NCBI GenBank assembly: GCA_028534125.1
Contig: CM052817.1
Coordinates: forward strand, 98,458,001 to 98,522,000
Reading direction: 5' to 3'
DNA from: Lama glama
Lineage: Eukaryota
Length of the DNA: 64,000 nucleotides
Shown: positions 1 through 10,737 of the stretch, piece after piece
How the letters are laid out: every line of letters starts with the position of its first letter
Numbering within the stretch: the stretch's first letter is position 1
Notes under the pieces: model-generated
What the model was told of the DNA's origin: nothing
Database searches by the model: none
Seen by the model: only the letters and a program-made list of their open reading frames with translations
Position numbers and translations under genes: made by a program

Positions 1-800
1 TGTTTTTCACTCATTTAAGTAAATTGAATTTTTTTTTAAAAAGAAATGAAGACTGACTATGGGACATTGAAAATAGGACTGACAGAAGTGGACAACATGA
101 AAAATAATAAAGAAAGAGTTTAAAAGGAATACAAGAAAAAAGACAGACACATACATAGGAAACAGGCAAAAGAAGAATAAAAACAAAATAACTGAATAAA
201 AATTTATTAAAATAGTTTCAGGAGCAATTACCAAAATAAAACAAACTTAGGATCTTCAAATTGAATGACATACTTTATATCAAGAAAAAAACTATCTGTT
301 TGATGCTCATCAAAACACATCTCAGAAATATTATTAGAATTCAGAAATAAAGAATCCTTTGAATAGTCAGGCAAAAAGAACAATATGCCTATAAGAAGCA
401 AAGCCCCAAACTAGAACACAGTAGGGAAATGTCTACAACATACTCAATAAAAATCAGTGACATAATAAGGCTTTTATCCTAGCCTAGATGACACAACCAG
501 TAAATAACAAAACTAACTGAAATTTTGAGAGGGAAAAGAAGTTGGTAAATGATATAAGTAGCTGATTTCAACATCATTTATAATCAAGGGGAAAAAAGTA
601 TCATTTGGAATTAGTAATAATTGCATGATCAAAACTAGGTGCATTTAAAGTATGAAGGTGTACAGTAAGAGAAAAAACATATCTAACAAAATATGGTGGT
701 AGATGAAGGAGAGGGGAGGGAAGAACAAATAGATACATATAAATTCCATTTCTGTTCATGGGAGTGGTCATAGTTCTGTATAAAGAAAATATGTCTCCTG
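1..800 (+). mobile_element. Decayed L1 ORF1-like / HAL1-like fragment
   Basis: A-rich plus strand with ORF1-like remnants (cttcaaattgaa, agaattcagaaataaagaatcc, ttttatcctagc); no intact ORF. Confidence 0.45.
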
Positions 801-1880
801 CTTATGAAATATTAACTGCTATAGCAATTGGACTCGTGTCACAAACAACTAGAAAACTGGATAAAAGATTTATTATAAACATATGGTAATTAGGAGAATG
901 CAGCATTCTTCTATGAATTAACTGATGGAACAGAAAAAGAACTCACAAAAAACCCTACCTATGCATAAGTGGACACTTAGTATATGACAGAGGTGACCCT
1001 GAAGACTACTAGGTAAAAAGGGACTTTTCAGAAAATATTTCTAGGACACCTGAATGTCTCTATGACACAGGAGTGGCAGAGAAGGGGGAGGGAATAAAAC
1101 TGGACCCTTCTCTCACACCTTGAACAAAAATCAATTCCTTTATGTTTAAAAACCTAAATACATAAATTAAAACTATAACTAGTTAGAAGATAATAATGGA
1201 CATTAATTTAATGACCTTTAGGTAGCAAAGAATTTCATGTTTTAAAACCAAGATACAAAAAGAAATAGTCATAAAGGAAACTGATACATTCAATTTCTAT
1301 TTATCAAAAGACATCGTAAAATAGTATATAAAGACAAGTCATGGAGTTGGAGACTTTTTTTCAACTTATACAGTCAGCAAAGGTGCAGTTTATGAAATTT
1401 TATAAAGAGTTTTTACAAGTTAGTAAGAAAAAGAAAACAACTCAAAAGAAAATTGGGAAAAAAGCAAGTGAATAAGATTTTTAAAAAGAAGAAATCTAAA
1501 ATGGCCAAGAAGCATATTAACAGAATACTCAATCTCATCAAAAATTTGCAAAATGCAAATTAAAATAAACAACTTTTAAAATACTGAATCCCAGTTCATT
1601 GGCAGAAATGCATGCATTTAATAATTCCAAGCACCGAAGAGGATGTGAAACAATGGGGATGTTCGTTCTCTGCAAGTGTAAATGTGAATTAGAGCTAATC
1701 TTGTAATACAGTTTGGCATTATTGAGAAGTTGGAGGTATACATAACCCATAAACCAGAAAATTATCTCCTTGGTATAAACCCTAGAGAAATTCTTATTCA
1801 TGAGCACTAAGGGATATACACAGTATGGTTCGTAATAGTTCTAAAGTGAAAACAATATAATGTGCATCAAGAATATACTA

Positions 1881-2053
1881 GGGAGGAGGCAGAGCATATG
1901 CTTTGCACATGCAATGTGCTGGGTTCAATCCCCAGTACTGCTTTCAGAAATAAATAAATAAACCTAATTCCTCCCCCCCCCAAAAAAAAGTTAAAAAAAT
2001 AAGTAAATAAAGTCACCTAGATTATGTAAAGAAAACCAAATTAAAAAAAAAAA
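1881..2053 (+). mobile_element. vic-1-type tRNA-derived SINE (A-box deleted, extended tail)
   Basis: B-box gggttcaatccccag, taaataaataaacctaatt and C-run shared with the 9512 copy. TSD aagaatatacta (1869-1880) / aagaatgcacta (2054-2065). Confidence 0.85.
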
Positions 2054-2296
2054 AAGAATGCACTAAAAACTTAGTGATATATTCCTAAAATGGTATATTG
2101 TACAGCTGTGGGGATTACAACCTACTGCAGTATGCAGCAGCATGGACAAATTTTACAAGCAATGTTGAGCAAAACAGGTAATGCACAGGAAATACATGAA
2201 GCACAATTTAATTTATACAAAAATTTTAAATATGTACAAATAATTCACCATCACTCCTGATGGCAGAACTAGAGAGATAAGCACAGTGTTAACCCC

Positions 2297-3040
2297 AAGG
2301 GAAACCTCCTACACTGTTGGTGGAAATATAGTTTGGTGCAGCCATTATGGAAAACAATATGGAGATTCCTCAAAACACTAAAAATAGATAACATATGATC
2401 CAGCAATCCCACTTCTGGGCATATATCCAAAGGCAACCTTAATTCAAAGAGATACATGAACCCCAATGTTCACAGCAGCACTATTTACAATAGCCAAGAC
2501 ATGAAAATAACCTAAACGTCCATTGACAGATGACTAGATAAAGAAGTTGTGGTATATTTATACAATGGAATACTACTCAGCCATAAAAAGAATAAAATAA
2601 TGCCATTTGCAACAACATGGATGGACCTGGAGACTGTCATTCTAAGTGAAGTAAGCAAGAAAGAGAAAAAAAATACCATATGATACCACTCATACGTGGA
2701 ATATAAGAAGAAAAAAAAAGACAAATGAACTTATTTAAAACAGAAACAGACTCAGACATAGAAAACAAACTTACGGTTACTGGGAGGGAAGAGGCTGGGA
2801 AGGGATAAATTGGGCGTTAGAGATTTACAGATACTAACTGCTATATATAAAATAGATAAATAAGTTTATACAGTATAGCACAGGGAACTACCTTCAATAT
2901 CTTGTAGTAATCTATAGTGAAAAAAGAATATGAAAATGAATATAAGTATGTTCATATATGACTGAAGCATTGTGCTGTACACCAGAAATTGACACAATAT
3001 TATAAACTTACTATACTTCAACAACAACAACAACAAAAAA
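2297..3040 (+). mobile_element. 5'-truncated younger L1 (ORF2 C-terminus, 3' UTR, A-rich tail)
   Basis: cctacactgttggtgg..atatgatccagcaatcccacttctgggcatatatcc..tgtacaccagaaattgacac..tatacttcaa followed by a (caa)n/A tail. Confidence 0.92.
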
Positions 3041-3189
3041 TGAAGCTAGTGGTTAACTATGATTGGTGAATAAGGTTGTCCTAAGTGGGAAGAGAAAAGA
3101 TGGGGTGGGGGTAACTACTGGGTATTGACAGTGTCCTATTATAGTGCTTACACAGGTTAACTTTATAGTTCTTCATCACATCATACCAG

Positions 3190-3601
3190 GTTTTCAGTCT
3201 GTGTTTTACCTGCTGTTTAACGTCGTGCTCCCTTGAGCCTGAGGACACTGGCTGGTCAAGTGCAGACCCATGTAGGTATGGGGACTGTGTGCACCCACCC
3301 AATCTTCCTTGCTCCTGCATCGGGACCCACACCCAGGGCAGAGAGTAGTTGCAGTTACTGGGATGTGGGTGGTCAAGATCCCATCCTGATGGACAGAGAA
3401 AGGGACAGGAGGTGGAACCAATTGGGAAACCAAGGCTCCAAGCTTCCAGTGCATGTTCCATTATCTGATCAGACTCATTTACAAACCACAAATTTAAAGA
3501 TAAAATTATCAAGAATTCAAGATGGCAACCACAGAGCACTAAACCCCAAGCACTGATCCCCTTCTGAGGGTCGAGTCCTATGTAACCCATGAAGTCAACC
3601 C
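3190..3601 (-). mobile_element. MER45-family (hAT-Tip100) DNA transposon fragment
   Basis: The reverse complement begins gggttgacttcatggg..ctcagaagggg..gtttagtgctctg..cttgaattcttgataattttatcttt, matching the recalled MER45 terminus. Confidence 0.7.
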
Positions 3602-4139
3602 CACAACAAACACATTTTCTGCTTATTTCTGCATGTATATTATATTGTGTATGCATATACGTGAGTGTAGGAAAAAAGAGATCATGCTTCTAACTCCTGC
3701 AAGCGTCTAAGCCCTGAGTCAGGCTTGTGCTGAAGAGAAGTGAGAAGATCTGAACTGATTGTACTATTAACATTTTACATTGGCTGTCAGTCTGAATGTA
3801 TTTACCGAAATTGTAATATATCTAAATATAGACCTGTGTGTTTAAAGATTGTTTTATAACTTAAGTATTTATAATTAAGATCATAGGCAGTTAATTCCAC
3901 AGCATGCTAAGCAATTTAATGTCATTGTCCTTGGCTACTCTTCTGATGCCAAAAACCTACTTTCTGATGCTAGTTCCTTCCTTTCCACTCACACGTAACT
4001 GAAAAAATGTACTATGTTTGATGGGGTAATTTAAAAGATCTAATAAAAGTGGATACAAATAGATAAGGTCATTTAATATATGACTGAATTCAGATTTCAG
4101 AACGGAAATGGGATGGAAGGAAACCTGGCAGGCGCTCTG

Positions 4140-4290
4140 GTTGTGTTACCCTCACTTAATTCTTTCACAATAATTCTGAAAGGTAGGTACAAATATCTCA
4201 ATCTTACAAAAGGACACAGAGGTTAAGAAAAGTAAATATCCCAAACAAGGGCATCCATCTAGTAAGCGGTTATATACACAGTTCTATCTG
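4140..4290 (-). mobile_element. MIR
   Basis: Decayed MIR core (ctcacttaattctttcacaa..aggtaggtac..cttacaaaaggacacagaggttaag). Confidence 0.6.
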
Positions 4291-4427
4291 ACTACAAACT
4301 TCTCCTATTACCTTTCTTTGCTTCCTTTTTTTCTTCTTTTCTTTAAATATCTACTGTCCATTTACTGTGTGCCAAGCATTATCACAGAAACGAGTGGCCA
4401 AGTTCCGGTGCAGTCCCAAATCCAAGA

Positions 4428-4725
4428 CTGTGCTGTAGGTATGGTAATATGTGGCCATGAGCAGGTGGAATGTGGCTAGTAGGAACAGTATGAATTGAGA
4501 TGTGCTGTACATTAAATTACACATCAGATTTCAAAGAAAAAAAGGATGTAAAATATGTAAATATTTCATATTGATTATATACTGAAATGTAAATTTTGTC
4601 TATATGTTTTAGGTTCAATAAAAAGTTGTTTAAAATTTATTTTATCTGCTTCTCTTATTTAATGTGGCTGCTAGAAAATTTTAAATTATAAGTGTTTCAT
4701 AGTTTATTTCTATTGTGCATCACTG
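4428..4725 (-). mobile_element. MER33 (hAT-Charlie MITE)
   Basis: aatgtggctagt..aattgagatgtgctgta..aatgtggctgctagaaaattttaaattata. Confidence 0.8.
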
Positions 4726-6380
4726 GCCTAAAGATGTCCTCTCAATCTTACTTCGGGATATATAAATGAATTACCTATCTGTAATTTTTAAATTACAGGT
4801 TATATTTCAAGAGTATTTTGAATAAGAAATTTCACATTTGAGTAAGTTATATGTCAAGATCAAGTTTGAATAAGAAATAGCTATAATTCACTGTGGAATT
4901 AATCTTCCTCCCACCATCAATATTTATTGACTATATATTCAATCTCCCTTGAAATTTTAAAATTTTGCTTAACTAAAATTAGCTAAAGCTTGTTGGTTTC
5001 CTTTTCCTGACAGAATGTACAGTGAACAGATAAATACCTGGATTAATGACACAGGTAATTCGTATAATGTATCGAAACAGTTTTTTTTAACATCCCACAA
5101 ATATCTCTTGGAGATTTGTTGAACATTTTTAATATCATGGCACACATTTCTCTCAGCTTGAAACAATTTGATTCTTTAGAATTTGGTACATTAAAAATAT
5201 TTTTCACATTTTCCTAAAGAAGATGAGGCAAGATGTGTTTGTAGACAATAAAACACTTGTGTCTTCATGAAATGTCTATTAACGTGAGCAGTGGGGAATC
5301 ATACAAGAAAGCTATCTTTCCTATTATATTGTTACATACTGAAAAAGCAATACAAACTAATTTATAATTCAACATAAATGCTAACACTCTAAAATTGTAT
5401 CATATGCAATAATATCACTGATAAACTTATGACTCATTGAAAATGTAATTTTAAAAAAATATACAGCAGTAAGAAATACCAAATTTAGACTGCATAGGAT
5501 CAACTGGACCAAAACTTTCAAAAATTATACAAATTTACATAAGCCTGTAGTTCATAACATTATACATAGCACAAAATACTCATTTTATATGCCCATCCTA
5601 TATTGAGTCACTCTTTTGCCTTGAAATATAGCCTTAAATATCCCAAATTTATACTTACAGAGCAAAATACTCATTGATACATATAAGACAGTATGAACAT
5701 AAAGCAAAACAATAAAATGGAACAAGAACTGAGAATCAGAAGCCTTATACTTCTGAGACTTGAGCTAGTTGCAAGTTTCTTGATAGATGGGAAAAGTTAG
5801 ACTGGCCATTCCTGAAAACCCCATTAGAATTAAGGAGACAACATATAAAAAGAAACTTATTACTAGTATATCATTATATTAAAAATAAATTTATTCTATT
5901 ATTTTATTATAAACATCTACCCTTCAATTAATGTTTTGAGTAAGCTATTGTGACAAAAAGTAATAAAAATATTTTAAGTATCCTAATTTAGCTTTTTCAA
6001 ATCATTTTTTAATCACCTTGATATAAAATAATAACTGAAATTACACCAATAAATGAAAGTATTTATGAGAAGGTATTTAATGATTACAGTAGACTATTAA
6101 GAGAAAAGTAACCACAGAATTAAAAGGGTAAATATTATCAGTCTAAATGTACAACTACCTCCCACTCCACCTGCTGTGATATAGTAGAATTCCGCATAAA
6201 ATAATATATTTAGAGATTTTAATATTTTAGATTTTGTTATTCTGAAAAATCTATTTTCCTATTCTACAATAAGTTGAGACTTCCTCCCTCCCTCCCTCCC
6301 ACCCTGTCTTCCTTCAGCTGCCTTCATACAGTGTCGGAAGGCAAGAACAAAGAACATGTTTTTCCTCCTCCGATACAGAG

Positions 6381-6771
6381 TGCTATGACCTGAACTGTGC
6401 CCATCCCCCCAAATACAAATGATGAAGCCCTGCCCACCAATATGATGGTATTTAGACATGGTGCCTTCTGGAGATAATTAAGTTTAGATGAGATCATGAG
6501 GGTGGAGACCTCATGATGGGATTAACATACTTAAAGAAAGAGACCAGAGACCTCTCTCTCTCTTTGAACGTATGGTCTGAGAATAGGCCATGTGAGAAAA
6601 GAGCTAGAAGGCTGCTGTCTACAAGCCAGAAAGAGACCTTCCCTCATATCCCACTCATGCTGGCACCCTGAATTTAGACTTCCAGCCTCCAGAACTGTGA
6701 GAAAATACGTCTGTTGTTTAAGTCACCCAGTCCATAGTATTTCATTATGACAACCCAAGCAGATCAATACA
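6381..6771 (+). mobile_element. MLT1A-type MaLR solo LTR
   Basis: TG..CA ends (tgctatg..aataca), gatgagatcatgagggtgg, gacttccagcctccagaactgtgag. Confidence 0.88.
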
Positions 6772-7312
6772 TTGAATAAGCCCTGGTGGGGCAGGCAAAT
6801 GAAGAAACTAGAGAGTCTACCACATGATACATGGGGGAGAGTTTTCTTACAGTCATTGGGGAAAAACTGAAGTAGACATTTATGTCCAATTGATGAAAGG
6901 AAACTGTTACATTAGACTTAACTAGAAAAAATGTTAAAATTTGTATAGCTACTAGGTTTCAAAAAAGAAGCAGAGGGAACAAAATTTGGAAGGAAATAAA
7001 CTGAGCTGTTAATCACAGAGAGGGTGGTAGCATTAATGGACAAGTTTTTTCTTTTCTCCAAATGTTCTTTAATATGATATGTTCTTTAACATGATTATAT
7101 ATATTTAACATGTATTATATGCATATGAAAGAAATGAAAACTAAAACTTTGCTATTGATTTTAATATAGTATGAGTCAAGTGGTGAGGGTTTTATTTATT
7201 TTAAGCTATCTTCACAGGGAACAAAAATAATTTATTAAGTATTTTTTGAAATCCCATATGTCAACCACTCGAATGGCTATTTTTTTTTTTTTGCTGTGCA
7301 TATGCTGATCTG

Positions 7313-7547
7313 TTTTTTTTTAACATTTTTTATTGATTTATAATCATCTTACAATGTTGTGTCAAATTCCAGTGTTCAGCACAATTTTTCAGTCATTCAT
7401 GGACATATACACACTCATTGTCACATTTTTTTTCTCTGTGATTTATCATAACATTTTGTGTATATTTCCCTGTGCTATACAGTGTAATCTTGTTTATCTA
7501 TTCTACAATTTTGAAATCCCAGTCTATCCCTTCCCACCCTCTACCCC
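7313..7547 (-). mobile_element. Young L1 3' UTR running into the assembly gap
   Basis: Poly-T, tttattg, acaatgttgtgtcaaattccagtg..ccctgtgctatacag..ccttcccacc; truncated by Ns. Confidence 0.85.
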
Positions 7548-8047
7548 NNNNNNNNNNNNNNNNNNNNNNNNNNNNNNNNNNNNNNNNNNNNNNNNNNNNN
7601 NNNNNNNNNNNNNNNNNNNNNNNNNNNNNNNNNNNNNNNNNNNNNNNNNNNNNNNNNNNNNNNNNNNNNNNNNNNNNNNNNNNNNNNNNNNNNNNNNNNN
7701 NNNNNNNNNNNNNNNNNNNNNNNNNNNNNNNNNNNNNNNNNNNNNNNNNNNNNNNNNNNNNNNNNNNNNNNNNNNNNNNNNNNNNNNNNNNNNNNNNNNN
7801 NNNNNNNNNNNNNNNNNNNNNNNNNNNNNNNNNNNNNNNNNNNNNNNNNNNNNNNNNNNNNNNNNNNNNNNNNNNNNNNNNNNNNNNNNNNNNNNNNNNN
7901 NNNNNNNNNNNNNNNNNNNNNNNNNNNNNNNNNNNNNNNNNNNNNNNNNNNNNNNNNNNNNNNNNNNNNNNNNNNNNNNNNNNNNNNNNNNNNNNNNNNN
8001 NNNNNNNNNNNNNNNNNNNNNNNNNNNNNNNNNNNNNNNNNNNNNNN
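7548..8047. other. Assembly gap (exactly 500 N)
   Basis: Run of N; the round length suggests a placeholder. Confidence 0.99.
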
Positions 8048-8074
8048 AAATACATACATATATTAAAAAATGCA

Positions 8075-8099
8075 GATAGACAGACAGACAGACAGACAG
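8075..8099 (+). repeat. (AGAC)n tetranucleotide microsatellite
   Basis: agatagacagacagacagacagacag. Confidence 0.8.
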
Positions 8100-8559
8100 C
8101 TAGGAAGGAAGGGGGAGAGAAGTGATGCTAGTTTTTTGTGGGTTTTTTTTTTAAGCTAGGAATGTCTAGGCCACCAGGAATAATAAACCCTAAAAACAAA
8201 CTGCTATAAAGAATATTAAACCTCTTTGGGATCAGGCTTGCTTATATTTTCTGGTTTTATTATTTTTGTGCTTTCCTGGCAGATCAGCTGGGTTTTTTAA
8301 GTTATCTTTTTAATACTTAACTAGTATTTTTTGCACCCAGAAATCTTTCCTTACATAATTGTTCACCATATTCTCAGAAATACACACACACAGCTATATT
8401 TTTTCCAGCTGTAATTTTTTATTCAAAATGAAGACAGTATATTTGAATTTCACTGATAAAAATATTTATTCTAATAAACCAGATAACTTTCCTCATAGTA
8501 TAGAAAAAAATAAGTATGAAAATTGGTAGCATTCTTTTTGCAAATAAAATAGAAGTATC

Positions 8560-10250
8560 TTCATCCATCCAACAAAATACAATGAGCACATCCAGGAATG
8601 ATTCTGCGTCTAAGGGATTTAGTAATTAATTAATCACTATCTGCATTCATGAAGATTACATTCTAGCAGAAGGTGCAGACAAAACTCAAATAGGCAATAT
8701 GTATGTCCTCAGGCCCTAAGTGTTAGAGACCAAAATAAAGCAGGATTGGTAAGTGGGACTGGGAGATATACTTGCTACTATAACAGGCTGGTCAGTGATG
8801 CCCTCACTGATTAGAAGGCATTCGGATAAAGCCTAGAACTGGTAAAGAAGTGATGCTGTGATGTCTAAGATAAAGAGCTTTCCTTACAGTGTACAGGGTT
8901 CCTGAGCTGGACATGCTAAGTTTGAAATGCCTATTAAAAACCCAGGCAGAAATGCTGATTAAGCATTTGAATGTTACCTGGAGTTGAGGAGAACGACCAG
9001 GCTGGACATAAACTTGGAGTCATCTGCATATAAATGGCAGTTAAAGCTATGGATTGGATAAAATTATCAAAAGAATTAGTGTAGCTAGAGAAAAATTCAA
9101 AAATTGATCACCAGGCCCATGAACACTGAGGACCCCCAGACTCCCAGTGGGAGTTTGAAAAAGTGTTAAGAGTTTAGAAGGTAGCCTGGTTGAGTTGTGG
9201 TATCCTTCAAAGTGAGATTTTGGAAATATTTCAAAGGTTCCTAGGCTATAACTATCAGAGTATATATATATATATAAAGTATTACAGATGACAAAATCAT
9301 TGGAGGAAAAGAGCTCAAGGAATCAAGAAGCCAGTGAGTTAGAGAGCTTATTTATCAGGATACCAAAATCAGAGTTATTACAAGACTAGTGCTAGAGAAA
9401 GTTACAAGAATCCAGGGGCTAAATTCTTTCAGATATGAAAGAATGGATACAAATCAACAGGTTACTGTAGGCAGGAGAGGTAATAAAGGATATCATTTGA
9501 TAACATGAGAAGGGGGAGGGTATAGCTCAAGTAGCAGAGTGCATGCTTAGCATGCACAAAGTCCTGGGTTCAATCCCCAGCATCTCCTCTAAAAGTAAAT
9601 AAATAAGTAAATAAACCTAATTACACCCCCCGAAAAAAACAATTAAATTCGATGACATGAGATTCAAAGCTTGGAATTTTAGAAAAGAAGAAGGTGAATG
9701 ATCTGGAAATAGCCTGAGAAATAAAGAAGTCACCTCCCCACCTCCACTCCCAGAGATACAAGGCAAGAGAAAGAGAAGACCATCATCACTTGAGAGGAGC
9801 AGAGGAAGAAATATCCTCAGGGTTGGAGACACAGCACAGATTTCAACTAGACGAAGAAAGTGAAGGTGACACTTAGATGACGTTAAGGATTCAGGGTTTT
9901 TGCTAGTTACTGGCTAGCAGTTCAAGGAGAACAGTAAATGGGTTTCAGGGGTGGGAAGGGTTAGGGATTAAAGACAGAAAAAAAGGCATACAGAATTATG
10001 CAGAAAGTGGGGTTTTGATGATAAGAGGTGACTGGGAAGTCCTAGGTGTCTTGTGGAGACTGATGTAGACAGAATTAAAGGACGTACTTAGTTTATTCAT
10101 TCCAAGAGTCTCAAGTCTGTGAACTTGGCAAGTAGAGAAAGCTTTAAAATCACCAGTGAAAGGGGTGCTTGAAGAATATCAGTTTAAGAATGACTTTACA
10201 AAGTTATTGAAATAGGAGGGTAAACAGGCAGATTCAAGGTGTAGAACAGG
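8560..10250 (-). mobile_element. L2 LINE (3' end plus internal fragments), interrupted by a SINE
   Basis: catccatccaacaaa 3' tail; ggacatgctaagtttgaaatgcctatt..ggagtcatctgcatataaatgg..aaagctatggattggat. Confidence 0.75.
9512..9646 (+). mobile_element. vic-1-type tRNA(Ala)-derived SINE, full length
   Basis: gggggagggtatagctcaagtagcagagtgcatgcttagcatgcacaaagtcctgggttcaatccccag with A and B boxes. 16-bp TSD atttgataacatgaga (9495-9510) / attcgatgacatgaga (9647-9662). Confidence 0.92.
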
Positions 10251-10509
10251 ATGTTAACAATGACAATGGTAAAAATAGGTGAATCCAGGAAAGGCCACCA
10301 TGATTGTGTTTGCACAATAACAATAAAACTCATTTCTGCTTGGTGCATTGATATGGTAAGTCAGTGTTACAATGAGATGTGTCTTGTGTTTCAAGTGACA
10401 AATCTTTTAGGACAGGGTCAAAGTTGGACAAAAACATCAGACTCTCAAGTATATTATGCTTTACTACCTATACCTAGGGAATTATAGCTAATAATTACAG
10501 TTCAATTTT

Positions 10510-10737
10510 AGTAAGCACTAGGATGTATGTTACACAATTTACAAGCATTACCTAAAAATTCTTGGATAAGTATTGTTATTATCCCCCATTTAACCAATGA
10601 GGAAACTGAGTCAAGAGTGATGAAGTAATTTGGATGAGGTCTCCCAGCTAGAAGCTGACAGAGCCAGAATTCTAACCTCATTAGAGTAGGTATAATAACT
10701 GCAGTGTCTTCACTCTTAATCACTGTGCTATACTGCT
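10510..10737 (-). mobile_element. MIR
   Basis: attatccccatttaaccaatgaggaaactgag..tcttaatcactgtgctatactgc. Confidence 0.8.

Larger units (their letters stand above)
880..3170 (+). mobile_element. Old L1M (L1ME-like) ORF2 3' end and 3' UTR, interrupted by a SINE and a younger L1
   Basis: Typical decayed motifs aaactggacccttctctcacacc..aaaatcaattcc, atgcaaattaaaa, ggatgtgaaacaa, gcagcatggacaaat. The sequence resumes after 2065 and after 3040. Confidence 0.75.

Noticed and set aside
3081..3656. 191-aa minus-strand ORF and overlapping ORFs
   Set aside because: They coincide with a GC-richer MER45 fragment and show no recognisable protein or splice context.
7333..8125. The longest ORFs in the track (172-248 aa)
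   Set aside because: Artefacts of translating through the 500-N gap.
9512..9590. Functional tRNA-Ala gene
   Set aside because: Mismatched stems, an A-rich tail, a TSD and two sister copies show it is a SINE.
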